A stretch of 63,737 nucleotides of DNA, the filler included, from Guillardia theta CCMP2712 (taxonomy: Eukaryota > Protista > Cryptophyta), in assembly GCF_000315625.1 (NCBI RefSeq). It is 5 parts of 5 records of this genome, joined end to end, with 100 filler letters (N's around TTAATTAATTAA, not from the genome) between each part and the next. Parts side by side here need not be neighbours in the genome. Positions count along the whole stretch, not along the records: positions 1 to 24,529 come from NW_005434429.1; 4 more parts are not named here. One strand, given 5' to 3'. A model generated the notes under the pieces. The model had not been told where the DNA came from and ran no database searches. It was given only the letters and a program-made list of their open reading frames with translations. The stretch's first letter is position 1, and every line of letters starts with the position of its first letter. Made by a program: the position numbers and the translations under genes. Below, piece by piece: positions 13,801-23,439 of the stretch.

Positions 13801-15463
13801 ATTACCCAATTCAGCTTTCTTTTTCAGCTTAGCCAAGTTGCATGGTTTCTGCCACAGGAAGATCACTTTCAAAGAATCCCACAAGAAAAGATTTTGACCA
13901 TCAACTGCGAGATGTAAGATTTACAGCATCCGAGAATGGATTGTGCCTCTTTGGGAGTTATTTCCTAGACACGGTCAATCTTGCTCAGGCATGGTGATAC
14001 TCAATCTCACCTTGTTCTCGAGTCTTTGTGCAACCATCAGTCGATCTCCAAGTGAAATGCGTTGCTCATTATCCCTGCGACTGTAAGGCATAGTTAATTC
14101 GACTCAACACAGTTAAGATAAAGAATATTTTACGTAGTCGCCTTGGCTTTCATCCCAGCAGAAACAGCTACAACCATTCGTTTAAGCAGAATTCAAGATG
14201 AATCCAAATACACCTGCTCTAGCTTCTGACGAGCGCTTTCCATATCTTACCATAACCTTTCACAACATCTCGTGCACTCCAACACAGCATACCTCTTATC
14301 AACTTTTTCACCACCCTGCGGAGATCCAAGGAGGTTACCACCTTGAGAGTGATTATGCGACGAAAAGAAAGATTCACAGCGAACCTGGAATCGAATTCCC
14401 ATATACACCCACCATCACTTCAGGCTTGATAGACAAGCCACTGGTTATCTGAATATACATATCTTTGACCATGAAAACATGAAAGTTCTGATTCTGACCT
14501 GGTTCAATGCCTGCAATATGGATGGAGATTGAGAGGGGACGGCAGGCAAGTCCACGCCTGCGATTTGAATGATGAGAGATGGACTCAAGACGAAATCGAC
14601 ACCAGGGCTGGGCGAAATGATGGGGTGAAGAGCATCAACAGATGAGTCGCCGCCCTGCATGAATTCAGACATCTGTCTTTGAGGCTTTCATCATAGTACA
14701 GTCTCATGAGACGCTGCAATAGATGACAACCTTCGGTTAACAGTAGAAGATGGTGCTGACGGACTTGTCAGTTTTCCATCATGCATTACAATCCGAATAC
14801 CTTCTCCGCTCACATCCTATGTCAACAAAACAACAACATGAAGATGTCAGTAAGTAACAGCTCAAAAACAACTCAACCTGTACTTCATCTGCGCGAAAAG
14901 TGAATGACCAATGTCATGTTAAAACATTTTACCATGATCTCCAATCGCATTGAAATCTTGAATCACCATCAGCGTATGTCTCGACGACGTGTCAAAAACT
15001 GCCGTCAAAAATCCTGCCGATCATCTCATAATGTGAACTACAGGCAAAAAGTCTCCAGTGTTTCAATCTGTCTCAAGTGATCGATTTCTAGTCTCCGGCA
15101 GTCTTCAGGATCAACTAATCTCTATTTTTACCCCACATCATCATTGCTGGTTGCTGCCCTCTTGCATATTATTCCCTCTCTATTTGTCTTGCCACACCTC
15201 CAATGTTCACGAATGTTCGATGTTGCTTTCCACACTCCAACGCCATAACATTTGTGCTACATTCTTCTGAACGATTAATATGTTCCTTGTCTCCTTGAAT
15301 TTCGAACTTGCATTTCTGTCATGCGAGATTCAAGTCGCAGCTCTTGTGTGTATCTACTTCTCTTCTCCGCATCTTGTCCTCTACCCTTCACTGTTCGCAT
15401 CCTCCAGTCAGGAATTCTCCAAGATGAGCGAACCGGATTAGTCGCCGAGGAGCGGACGACCAC
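10900..15463 (-). other. Probable multi-exon gene(s) of unknown function
   Basis: Short minus-strand open segments bounded by GT/AG. One weakly C2-like stretch (WWEESFVFHDAD...LQVQL, ~13045-12970). No confident family. Confidence 0.3.
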
Positions 15464-15548
15464 CCAAGCCTTTCCTGCGACAGACTAGTAGATTGGTGGG
15501 GTACAGGTATCCAGGGTTAGATCTGGAGTTTAGTTAGGGTCGAACAAC

Positions 15549-15777
15549 GGTTTAGGGTTTAGGGTTTAGGGTTTAGGAGGCGCCGTTATTTTCGGCAGGC
15601 GCCGTTTAGGGTTTAGGGTTTAGAAACCAGGTGTGTCGGGGCCGAGGAAGCAACACAAGTAAAGCACGGACGACCCAGGCCAAGGCCGGCGGAGGAAACT
15701 GCCTGAGGCCGGGGAAGACCAGCACAGCAGAAGCACGGCTGCCATAGGGCCCAGCCAAGTCGGGTTTAGGGTTTAGG
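15549..15777 (+). repeat. Interstitial telomere-type (TTTAGGG)n tracts
   Basis: Tracts at 15549-15577 (~4 units), 15604-15623 (~3) and 15762-15777 (~2), plus a fourth at 16485-16499 (~2). Confidence 0.9.
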
Positions 15778-16004
15778 AGGCGCCGTTATTTTCGGCAGGC
15801 GCCGTTATTTTCGGCAGGCGCCGTTATTTTCGGCAGGCGCCGTTATTTTCGGCAGGCGCCGTTATTTTCGGCAGGCGCCGTTATTTTCGGCAGGCGCCGT
15901 TATTTTCGGCAGGCGCCGTTATTTTCGGCAGGCGCCGTTATTTTCGGCAGGCGCCGTTATTTTCGGCAGGCGCCGTTATTTTCGGCAGGCGCCGTTATTT
16001 TCAG
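15778..16004 (+). repeat. 19-bp minisatellite (AGGCGCCGTTATTTTCGGC), ~12 copies
   Basis: Perfect period-19 array. An extra ~1.4 copies lie at 15578-15605, also directly after a telomere tract. The last copy ends TTATTTTCAG. Confidence 0.95.
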
Positions 16005-16051
16005 GTGTAGGGGAAGCCGCCAGGGCGCCAAGGAAGCTGCAAGCGAGAGGT

Positions 16052-16492
16052 TTGTATACTTCAAATAGCTTTCTAAGTATGGTTCTTCAGTATGATGAAA
16101 ATGTTCGCAACCTGCTGTATCGGAGATCATGCCAATACACGCAGAGCGGACTTGTGGATGCCTCTGTCCTCGAAGCTGATCTCGTCGAGAGGGTGAAGAG
16201 CTTCGCGAAGCGTTATCCGAACAGCAGGACAGCCCAGGCTTGCAAGGCTGTGGAGGGATGCACCCCCGACGCTATCGCAGAAGCCATCCGCTCGACATGT
16301 CAGCAGGCACGACGTGAGCTTCTGCAAGAAGCGATGGCTGGATGGAGTGACGCATCCAGAGAGTGGTTTATGCAGCAGATTGAAGAAGCCAAGAAAGAGA
16401 AGGTCGAGACATACACCGCCTCAGCAGGCAACGAGGTGACTTCCTTCATCTTCATGACTCTCCTGGGCATCTCCTCGGTGTATGGGGTTTAG
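16052..16492 (+). CDS. Short 5' ORF of the retroelement (ORF1-like or N-terminal polyprotein fragment), unknown function
   Basis: 146-codon ORF with helical-looking composition. Its TAG stop is supplied by a TTTAGGG tract. Confidence 0.5.
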   Translation: MYTSNSFLSMVLQYDENVRNLLYRRSCQYTQSGLVDASVLEADLVERVKSFAKRYPNSRTAQACKAVEGCTPDAIAEAIRSTCQQARRELLQEAMAGWSDASREWFMQQIEEAKKEKVETYTASAGNEVTSFIFMTLLGISSVYGV

Positions 16493-16498
16493 GGTTTA

Positions 16499-16626
16499 GA
16501 TAGGGGAGATCCCCTGGAGTCTACGATAGGGGAGATCCCCTGGAGTCTATATAGGGGAGATCCCCTGGAGTCTACGATAGGGGAGATCCCCTGGAGTCTT
16601 GATAGGGGAGATCCCCTGGAGTCTAC
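16499..16626 (+). repeat. Five-copy 25/26-bp hairpin tandem repeat (GATAGGGGAGATCCCCTGGAGTCTAC)
   Basis: Unit lengths alternate 26/25 bp. Each unit contains the inverted repeat AGGGG-AGAT-CCCCT. Confidence 0.9.
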
Positions 16627-17021
16627 GGGAAAACAATAGAGAGTACGGAGCAGCGGCGCTGCTCAACTCAGGAGAAGATGGATTTCTCTCTGAGGACGTT
16701 ATGGAGGCATTAATCGTTGAGGTAAACCGCAATTTAGAACCAGCGGAAGACAGATTTCAAATAGCATGGCCCCAAGGCACGAGGTATGCCAGCGAGCAAA
16801 CTAGAAACCAATTTGGGCTGCAGAGAGGGACCATTGTTCTCCCGAGAATAGTAGCGGGTTTGAGAGATCAGGAGGGAAGGGCACGGAGAGCAAAACGACT
16901 GCTAGCCGGGGCAGCTCAACCATTCTTATTCCCTTGCGTAGAGAACGGCAATCATTGGATCCTAATCGTGGCAGATGCTAACACAAAAAGAATACACATC
17001 GTCGACTCGCTTAGCCCTTGA
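16599..17021 (+). CDS. N-terminal part of Ulp1/C48 SUMO-protease-like domain of the retroelement
   Basis: GFLSEDVMEALI...FLFPCVENGNHWILIVADANTKRIHIVDSL provides the catalytic His and Asp. The Gln/Cys motif QQTDGYNCGIFVL lies in the +1 frame ORF (~17191-17232). Confidence 0.85.
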   Translation: MIGEIPWSLRENNREYGAAALLNSGEDGFLSEDVMEALIVEVNRNLEPAEDRFQIAWPQGTRYASEQTRNQFGLQRGTIVLPRIVAGLRDQEGRARRAKRLLAGAAQPFLFPCVENGNHWILIVADANTKRIHIVDSLSP

Positions 17022-20000
17022 GAGAGACCTGGGGACAGTCAGAAGCCAAAGGGAGGCACAGTTTCAATTGGGGGGCGCACAGCGAATGGACCTAGCATCA
17101 CTCATGGCGACGATTATCACCGAGGCAATTAGCGATCAACAAGAACACTGTGACGACACGGCATGGAGGGCATGTGTGTCAACTGGGCTGCAACAAACAG
17201 ACGGCTACAATTGTGGAATTTTCGTTTTGCTGCATCTGCTGCTGATCGCAAAGACACGAAGGAAAACACAACAACAAGATATCTTCAACACAGGGAGGCA
17301 ACAAGGCGTCCCCCCCCATCAGCAATGGCTCATGCGAACAAGACATCTGCTGCTGGATGGGCTCTGGGGGGGGGGTATGGAACATGTGCACACGCGATGC
17401 ATCTGCAGAGCTCTACAGCACGCGCAAGATACAGGTTACAAGGAATGGCAAGCTGCAGAGCTCACCATGGAACGTATACCTAACCGGATGGAAAGGCGAG
17501 AAGACGGCCAAGAACGCGCAGGCGATCTACAGGCGACCCAGGCATCTGAAGATGCACGGCTACAGGAGAGATTGGAAGACGAGCAGGAGCAAGGAGGACA
17601 AGGATCAACGAAGCTCATAGCCGCGACGGTCCTGCAACTACAAGACAGGTCAGCACAGGTAGACATCCTGACGTCCTCCCCTCCCCCACCTCCTGCTTCA
17701 TGCCCCGTCTCTCCACTCCAGCCACCTCCTCCGCCACAAGCAATGCACACAGCGCCAATCTCGAAGAATGACAAGGAGACAAGGGGAGAGGAGGAGCTAC
17801 CAGGCCCAACAAAGATGCAAGATGGGAACTCGTCTCACCTTCAATGGGCAACGGGGGCGGAGGAGCAAATCCTGCCAGCAGGCAGCAAACCATCCACGAC
17901 TACCACCGACAGGTCAGTGCAATCAGCATGGGTGGAAACGCACAGGAAGGACAACGCCCCTGGCAACATCATTTCTCACAATGTCAATGGATGCAGTCAA
18001 TTTGTGCTGAAACACATCCTAGGATACCTGATTGAAACATATCAACCAACAGTCGTGCTACTTCAAGAAGTTTTGGTCGGGGGAAAACGAAAGGAGGCAG
18101 ATCTCCGAATGATGATCAAGAAAGAATGGGGATGCTACCGAGTGTTCATGACGAAAGGTGCAGGGGAGGGGAGAAAGGGTAAGAGCGATCTTCGCCTTGT
18201 GACGCTCGTACATGCGGACCTTCTCCCTCGTCCCTCCCCCCTGCTCTGCCGCCGCGCTGACATGTTGGAAGAGCAGAATCTCCAAAAAAGAATACAACTT
18301 TTACAGATCGGAAAAAAAGAACCGATAGGGATCTGTAACATCCACTTTCCTACTGCAGCGCAAGGGGAGGATCAAGACGAGATGTGGGCAACGCTGAGCC
18401 AGATGCTCAAGACGGAGCCAAGTGTCAAGCTCACCATCATAGGAGGCGACTTCAATGCATCTCGACAACATCCAGAGATCCTCATGAGAGTCGGATACGG
18501 GAGCAAATCGAGTGTGCACCGTGCAGATGAGAGAATGGAACAAGGCTTAAACGAACTTGGACGATCACAGATGGTCACTTGCGAGAAGATGAGCAGAAGC
18601 AGCACGCACTTCACCTTCTCCACATGGTACAAGCAGGGCCATCACCAAGCAAAACTGGATCATGTCTTTGCATTACATCATCCATCTCGCACAGTAAGCT
18701 TAATATCGCAGACCGCAGAGGATTGCATCATAGGAGCCGCAGTCGACCACAGAGCACTTGTAGTGAATGTGAGCTCTCTCGATGCTGAGGGTAAGCAAGC
18801 CATCCCAAAGATTGAAATCCTCCCGCAAAGGAGGGATCGAGAAGCAACCCCTCGACGAAAGAAAAGGGTGGTCGAGATGGACAAGCTATCGGGAAGACTA
18901 GGCGTGGAATGGGCAATAGCACTTGATGAGAAGATAAAAGCGGCACAAGCTCTACATCAAGATTGCGACATTCTCGAATTGATAACAACAGCCCTCCCCA
19001 TCAAGGAAATTCCGCTACGAGGCTCCAGCGGGAAAAGACATGCATCCAAAACTCAAATGGATCTGAAGCGAAAAATCAAGCAACTTCACAAGGACTTAAG
19101 AAACGCTTCAGAAATTCCAGACTTTATTGATCGCGCACACAAGGAGTCGAGCTTACATGCAGAAATAAGAGAGAATATGACCAAATTCAAGGAGATCTGC
19201 GCAGCACAAGACCAAGAGATATTCCTGAAAATATGCGAAGAACGAAGAAGACGCTTGGGCACGATAGGGAGTAAAGAGTCTCAAAATGCAATGGGCAAGA
19301 AGTCAGACTTTAAGCCCAAAGCCCCAATGCTGAGTCAACTGCCAGAGAAGTGCCACCCAAACACAATCGAACTTACGTCATGGAGAGATCTCCAGCCAGC
19401 GATGCAACAGCCGGAGACAGCATATCTTCAAGAACTGAACCCGTTAATCGAGACATTCCTCCAGAGCAACTCCAAAGAATCAAGCAAAACCTTTTGGAAT
19501 GCAAGACATCAAACCATGCTGCACGTCGAGGTTCTCGGGGCGAGGAACCAGGCAACACTGACACAAAAGCTGTTCATAACTCTGGCGCCTGCACACGCAA
19601 TCGTACCCATCATCCGAGGACTGATCACACAGCCAGGAGGGTGGCGCCTGGAAGGATACAAAAACATCGAGCAATTCCTCCCCATGAGATTGGCAAGAGA
19701 TCTAGAAGATGAAACCCACACGGCAACCTTCTTTGCAGTCAACGGATGTACCATGAACGGAACCTGTGCAAGAGCTGAATGTCAAACAAAAGGACGACTG
19801 ATCCCGTTATATGACAAAAGCCAGAAAAACGAAGAAGCATCAATCCTCTTCTTCTGCAAAAGCTGTCAATCACTGACTTCCGTCAAACCACCGGACTTCG
19901 AACCCCCAGAGCAAATCAATCAACACCCGACCAGGGATGTAGAGATAGCTTACCCGCTGGAGCCAGGCGAGATCCAAGTATGGATTCAAAAACTGGCCAA

Positions 20001-23000
20001 CCGGAAAGCAGCAGGCATGGATTTGATTTCAAACGAGATTCTGAAAGCTCTGCCTGACAGTGCAAAGGAGGAAATAGGCAAGACAATCAGCCGAGCCTTG
20101 ATCGGAGACAAGCAAACACTAAAGATGCTCGCGAGAGTTAGGCTCCTCCCAAAAAATGAGATATGTCACGTCTTGGAGAATCAAAGACCTATATGCGTCC
20201 TCTCCTCGATAACGAGGATCTTCCAGGCAGTCATAGCGCACAGACTGGCAAAAGCTGCTGAAAAACATAAGCTACTCACTAACAACCAGGAAGGTTTCAG
20301 ACCAGAGGGAGGAACGATCAGGCAGGGTCATCGGCTACTCAACATCATCGAGGAGGCTCAGAGTAATCAACACGACCTCATCCTGCTGTACCTCGACTTT
20401 GCAAACTTCTTTAACAATGTGGCAGTCGAATCCATTGCAAAAATCATGGAAGTATACGGCTTTCACCAGTGTGATGTAGACGTCGCAATCAGTTGTAGCC
20501 AAGGGATAGCGCTGCAAATTCAGACAGAGAGGTTCGAAACAACAGCCATCCCACTTCTCAGAGGATTACCCCAAGGCAGCCCCGCAAGTCCGCCAAAAAC
20601 AAATCTTCTGCTAAGCATCTTGTCCAAACAGCTCGATCAACAACAAGACGAGATTGCAACTCAACACCCTAATAATCTGTCATTTGCAGACGACCTTGTC
20701 CTGATAGCACATTCAGTGAGAGAGATGAAAACGCTTGTCCAAGTGGTAGAGCGATTCTGTCGATGGAGTGGATTAGAACTGAACACGAAGAAATCTGAAA
20801 TCACCAGCTTTGATTATCGGCTAAGAAGGGAGATCCCAGGAACACAGACCATCAAGTTCTTCGACAAGGAGTTTGTGAACCTACCACCGACGAAATGGTT
20901 CAAATATCTAGGGATCCGGATCAGCTTGTGGAGACCAGGAGGAAGAGGCAACAAGGCGCACACCTGCCCCTTCACGTGGGGGGAGAAAGAACACATCTTG
21001 GAGAAGACAAAAGAACTGACAAAGCTGATTGAATCATCTGCTTACTCGGCAGCCCAAAAATATTACCTGGTGAAGGTAGGCATCGTCAATATATTTAGAT
21101 ACTCGGCGGTACTGGTGAGCTGGTCTTGGTCAGACTTACAAACCTTAGATACCCTCTGGACCAGAGCATTCAAAAGAGCTATGGGATTGAGCAAGAGTAC
21201 AAGCAACGCTATCTTTCACCTACCTTGGGACAAAGGAGGCCTCCAACTCCCCCATCCAGCACCCATCTTGGGAAGGGCGGCGATTCGGTATCTAGAGAAA
21301 GAAACGAATAAGAAATGCAGGGTGGATGATGATATCAAAAGCAGTCTGATCCACAAACTAACATCATGGTGCAACCAATGGGGGTGTCAAACAATAAACC
21401 AGCTACAACGAGAAATCAGATCGGGCAGACTCAAAGAGAACGAAGAGATAAGAGGACCGGAGAGACTCGCAATCTGGATAGCGGAAAAAATGCAGACCAC
21501 CATCAGTTGGGAAATGATTGAAAGCAAGATGAAACCGGGGACAATAGCCATCTTACATGACCTGGAGGACAAGATGCTCTCAGAAGAAAACTCCCTGCGG
21601 TCCGGAGAAAACTCCCTACCTACATCTCCTGCTCGGCAAGGCTGGGAGAGTTTTGCAAAGGCATGGAGACTACTGCCCCAAGTAGGCTTCCACTCCATGA
21701 CAAGTATCTTACCCGTCCCAGATACCGAGGGCATCTCCCTGCACCTGCCCATCCGACTCTGGCCATTCCCAAAGCAAAGGGAACAAGCAGAAGAAATCCT
21801 TGCACAATATCTGCAAGCGAATGTCATCTGGACAAAACTCGGACTTGAGCAGGCAGGAACAGGGAAGAGAAGAAGGCCAGCCAGGGAGGAGGGGAAGCCT
21901 CTAAACAAGAGAAGGAAAGGAAAAAGGGAGGCTAGCCCACATGAACTTCAGCCACACAAGAAACTAGCCAGACCGGACCAAGGGAGAGAGGAAACGAATA
22001 CGAAGGCTTGTACCCGGGTAATTTTGAGGCGGTGGCTCCAACATGACCCCACCTGTTATGATGAAGGAGGGAATCCGCAAGAAAGATTCTGTTACACTAC
22101 AAGCAATATACCTTTCAAAGTTCAAGGGAACATAGCCATCTTTGAGCGATCTCAAATTGAAGAAAGCAAGACCATGGATCCACCAATAGAATGGTTGGAA
22201 GCGTCACTGGACTCGGCTCCCTTCGCATCTGCAACAAGGGAAGAGGACGGTAATAACCGAAGAGACTGCAATCAAAGCATCCATCTGTTGCTGGAAATAG
22301 TTAATGCATTGGACGACGGCGAAACAGAAGCTACAGCATGGTGGCAACATCTCGAGGAGGTAGTATCAGAGGTTCGCCAAGAAACAACACAACCATTGGC
22401 ATACGAGTTTTTACAACATCTAGCAGAGATTACAGCATGCGACATCAGTACATTTCGTAACTGGCCTACCCTACACACACATCCCCAGGCTCTGGACAAG
22501 AAGAGAGCAAGGGAACCGCACAGAGTGGTGGTTTGGATGGACAAACAAAAGAGATTTCGTGAACAAATCCTGGATACAATGCATGTCATTCTGATAGGAT
22601 GGAAGAATAACATTGATGAGATACCAGAAGGTTTTGAAATTATCAGCCGGGTCCCGAAAGGCGCTCAAATAGCTTATGCAGCAAACTTCTGGCAATCAGG
22701 GAATAGGTGTTTGATGAAGACTGCAGAGGAGTTATGGATACTAGTTAGGCACACACTCCCAACATACTTACGAGTCCAGCTTCAGGACAACATCCTCCCA
22801 ACGTATGAGGAGCTGTGTAACAGACGAAGGGATCAGATCCAGCCGTCCAGCGATCATCAAGGCGGAAGGCATCATCATCAAGGCGGAAGGCATTTCACAG
22901 CAGCTATTGAAGGAGACATCATGCAGGGCAGAAAAAACAGATCCATGCGAGTAGGATATGTTCTCCAACAAAAAGAGATGACGTCAGGAGGAGGGATGAA

Positions 23001-23439
23001 AATCAATGGGAAGTGCAGCATCATCCGAGCGAACACAATCGCAATCGGTTTACTTCTGCAACATGTCCTTGAGGAAGGAATACAGATCAAAAGGGGAAAT
23101 CAAGTCACAATAATGTACCAGTCCACACGTTTCCACCGCTTTATGACAAATACGTTGCGAATGGATACCATGCGATACGAAGACGAACTGCTGGAGGACT
23201 TACATGATCGGTTACTCACTTGCATGAGGAAACTCGAAGGGAGGGGAATCAGGATCCGACTCCAACTAGCAAAAGAATCTCATAGACACATTCAAGAGGC
23301 AAAGGAAATGGCCAAGCAAGCAAAACAAACATTTGCCTCGGGATGGGAGAAAGCAATCTACGATAGTCCAATGGAATTCATCATTGCAGGAGAAGAAAAT
23401 CCTACATCAGGATTCGATCGCTTGAAGAAATGGGACTAA
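16975..23439 (+). CDS. Retrotransposon polyprotein: Ulp1 C-terminus, AP endonuclease, reverse transcriptase, degenerate RNase H
   Basis: APE (~17960-18780): ISHNVNG, VLLQEV, NIHFP, IIGGDFNA, FTF, KLDHVF, DHRAL. RT (~19970-20925): KAAGMD, RPICVLS, QEGFRP, YLDFANFFNNV, RGLPQGSPASP, FADDLVL, GLELNTKKS, FKYLGI; then KGGLQL. RNase H-like segment ~22890-23340. Confidence 0.95.
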   Translation: MLTQKEYTSSTRLALERDLGTVRSQREAQFQLGGAQRMDLASLMATIITEAISDQQEHCDDTAWRACVSTGLQQTDGYNCGIFVLLHLLLIAKTRRKTQQQDIFNTGRQQGVPPHQQWLMRTRHLLLDGLWGGGMEHVHTRCICRALQHAQDTGYKEWQAAELTMERIPNRMERREDGQERAGDLQATQASEDARLQERLEDEQEQGGQGSTKLIAATVLQLQDRSAQVDILTSSPPPPPASCPVSPLQPPPPPQAMHTAPISKNDKETRGEEELPGPTKMQDGNSSHLQWATGAEEQILPAGSKPSTTTTDRSVQSAWVETHRKDNAPGNIISHNVNGCSQFVLKHILGYLIETYQPTVVLLQEVLVGGKRKEADLRMMIKKEWGCYRVFMTKGAGEGRKGKSDLRLVTLVHADLLPRPSPLLCRRADMLEEQNLQKRIQLLQIGKKEPIGICNIHFPTAAQGEDQDEMWATLSQMLKTEPSVKLTIIGGDFNASRQHPEILMRVGYGSKSSVHRADERMEQGLNELGRSQMVTCEKMSRSSTHFTFSTWYKQGHHQAKLDHVFALHHPSRTVSLISQTAEDCIIGAAVDHRALVVNVSSLDAEGKQAIPKIEILPQRRDREATPRRKKRVVEMDKLSGRLGVEWAIALDEKIKAAQALHQDCDILELITTALPIKEIPLRGSSGKRHASKTQMDLKRKIKQLHKDLRNASEIPDFIDRAHKESSLHAEIRENMTKFKEICAAQDQEIFLKICEERRRRLGTIGSKESQNAMGKKSDFKPKAPMLSQLPEKCHPNTIELTSWRDLQPAMQQPETAYLQELNPLIETFLQSNSKESSKTFWNARHQTMLHVEVLGARNQATLTQKLFITLAPAHAIVPIIRGLITQPGGWRLEGYKNIEQFLPMRLARDLEDETHTATFFAVNGCTMNGTCARAECQTKGRLIPLYDKSQKNEEASILFFCKSCQSLTSVKPPDFEPPEQINQHPTRDVEIAYPLEPGEIQVWIQKLANRKAAGMDLISNEILKALPDSAKEEIGKTISRALIGDKQTLKMLARVRLLPKNEICHVLENQRPICVLSSITRIFQAVIAHRLAKAAEKHKLLTNNQEGFRPEGGTIRQGHRLLNIIEEAQSNQHDLILLYLDFANFFNNVAVESIAKIMEVYGFHQCDVDVAISCSQGIALQIQTERFETTAIPLLRGLPQGSPASPPKTNLLLSILSKQLDQQQDEIATQHPNNLSFADDLVLIAHSVREMKTLVQVVERFCRWSGLELNTKKSEITSFDYRLRREIPGTQTIKFFDKEFVNLPPTKWFKYLGIRISLWRPGGRGNKAHTCPFTWGEKEHILEKTKELTKLIESSAYSAAQKYYLVKVGIVNIFRYSAVLVSWSWSDLQTLDTLWTRAFKRAMGLSKSTSNAIFHLPWDKGGLQLPHPAPILGRAAIRYLEKETNKKCRVDDDIKSSLIHKLTSWCNQWGCQTINQLQREIRSGRLKENEEIRGPERLAIWIAEKMQTTISWEMIESKMKPGTIAILHDLEDKMLSEENSLRSGENSLPTSPARQGWESFAKAWRLLPQVGFHSMTSILPVPDTEGISLHLPIRLWPFPKQREQAEEILAQYLQANVIWTKLGLEQAGTGKRRRPAREEGKPLNKRRKGKREASPHELQPHKKLARPDQGREETNTKACTRVILRRWLQHDPTCYDEGGNPQERFCYTTSNIPFKVQGNIAIFERSQIEESKTMDPPIEWLEASLDSAPFASATREEDGNNRRDCNQSIHLLLEIVNALDDGETEATAWWQHLEEVVSEVRQETTQPLAYEFLQHLAEITACDISTFRNWPTLHTHPQALDKKRAREPHRVVVWMDKQKRFREQILDTMHVILIGWKNNIDEIPEGFEIISRVPKGAQIAYAANFWQSGNRCLMKTAEELWILVRHTLPTYLRVQLQDNILPTYEELCNRRRDQIQPSSDHQGGRHHHQGGRHFTAAIEGDIMQGRKNRSMRVGYVLQQKEMTSGGGMKINGKCSIIRANTIAIGLLLQHVLEEGIQIKRGNQVTIMYQSTRFHRFMTNTLRMDTMRYEDELLEDLHDRLLTCMRKLEGRGIRIRLQLAKESHRHIQEAKEMAKQAKQTFASGWEKAIYDSPMEFIIAGEENPTSGFDRLKKWD

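Noticed and set aside
16499-16626. Palindromic 26-bp repeats, and the 19-bp array, as a CRISPR array
   Set aside because: No unique spacers, no cas genes, eukaryotic context.
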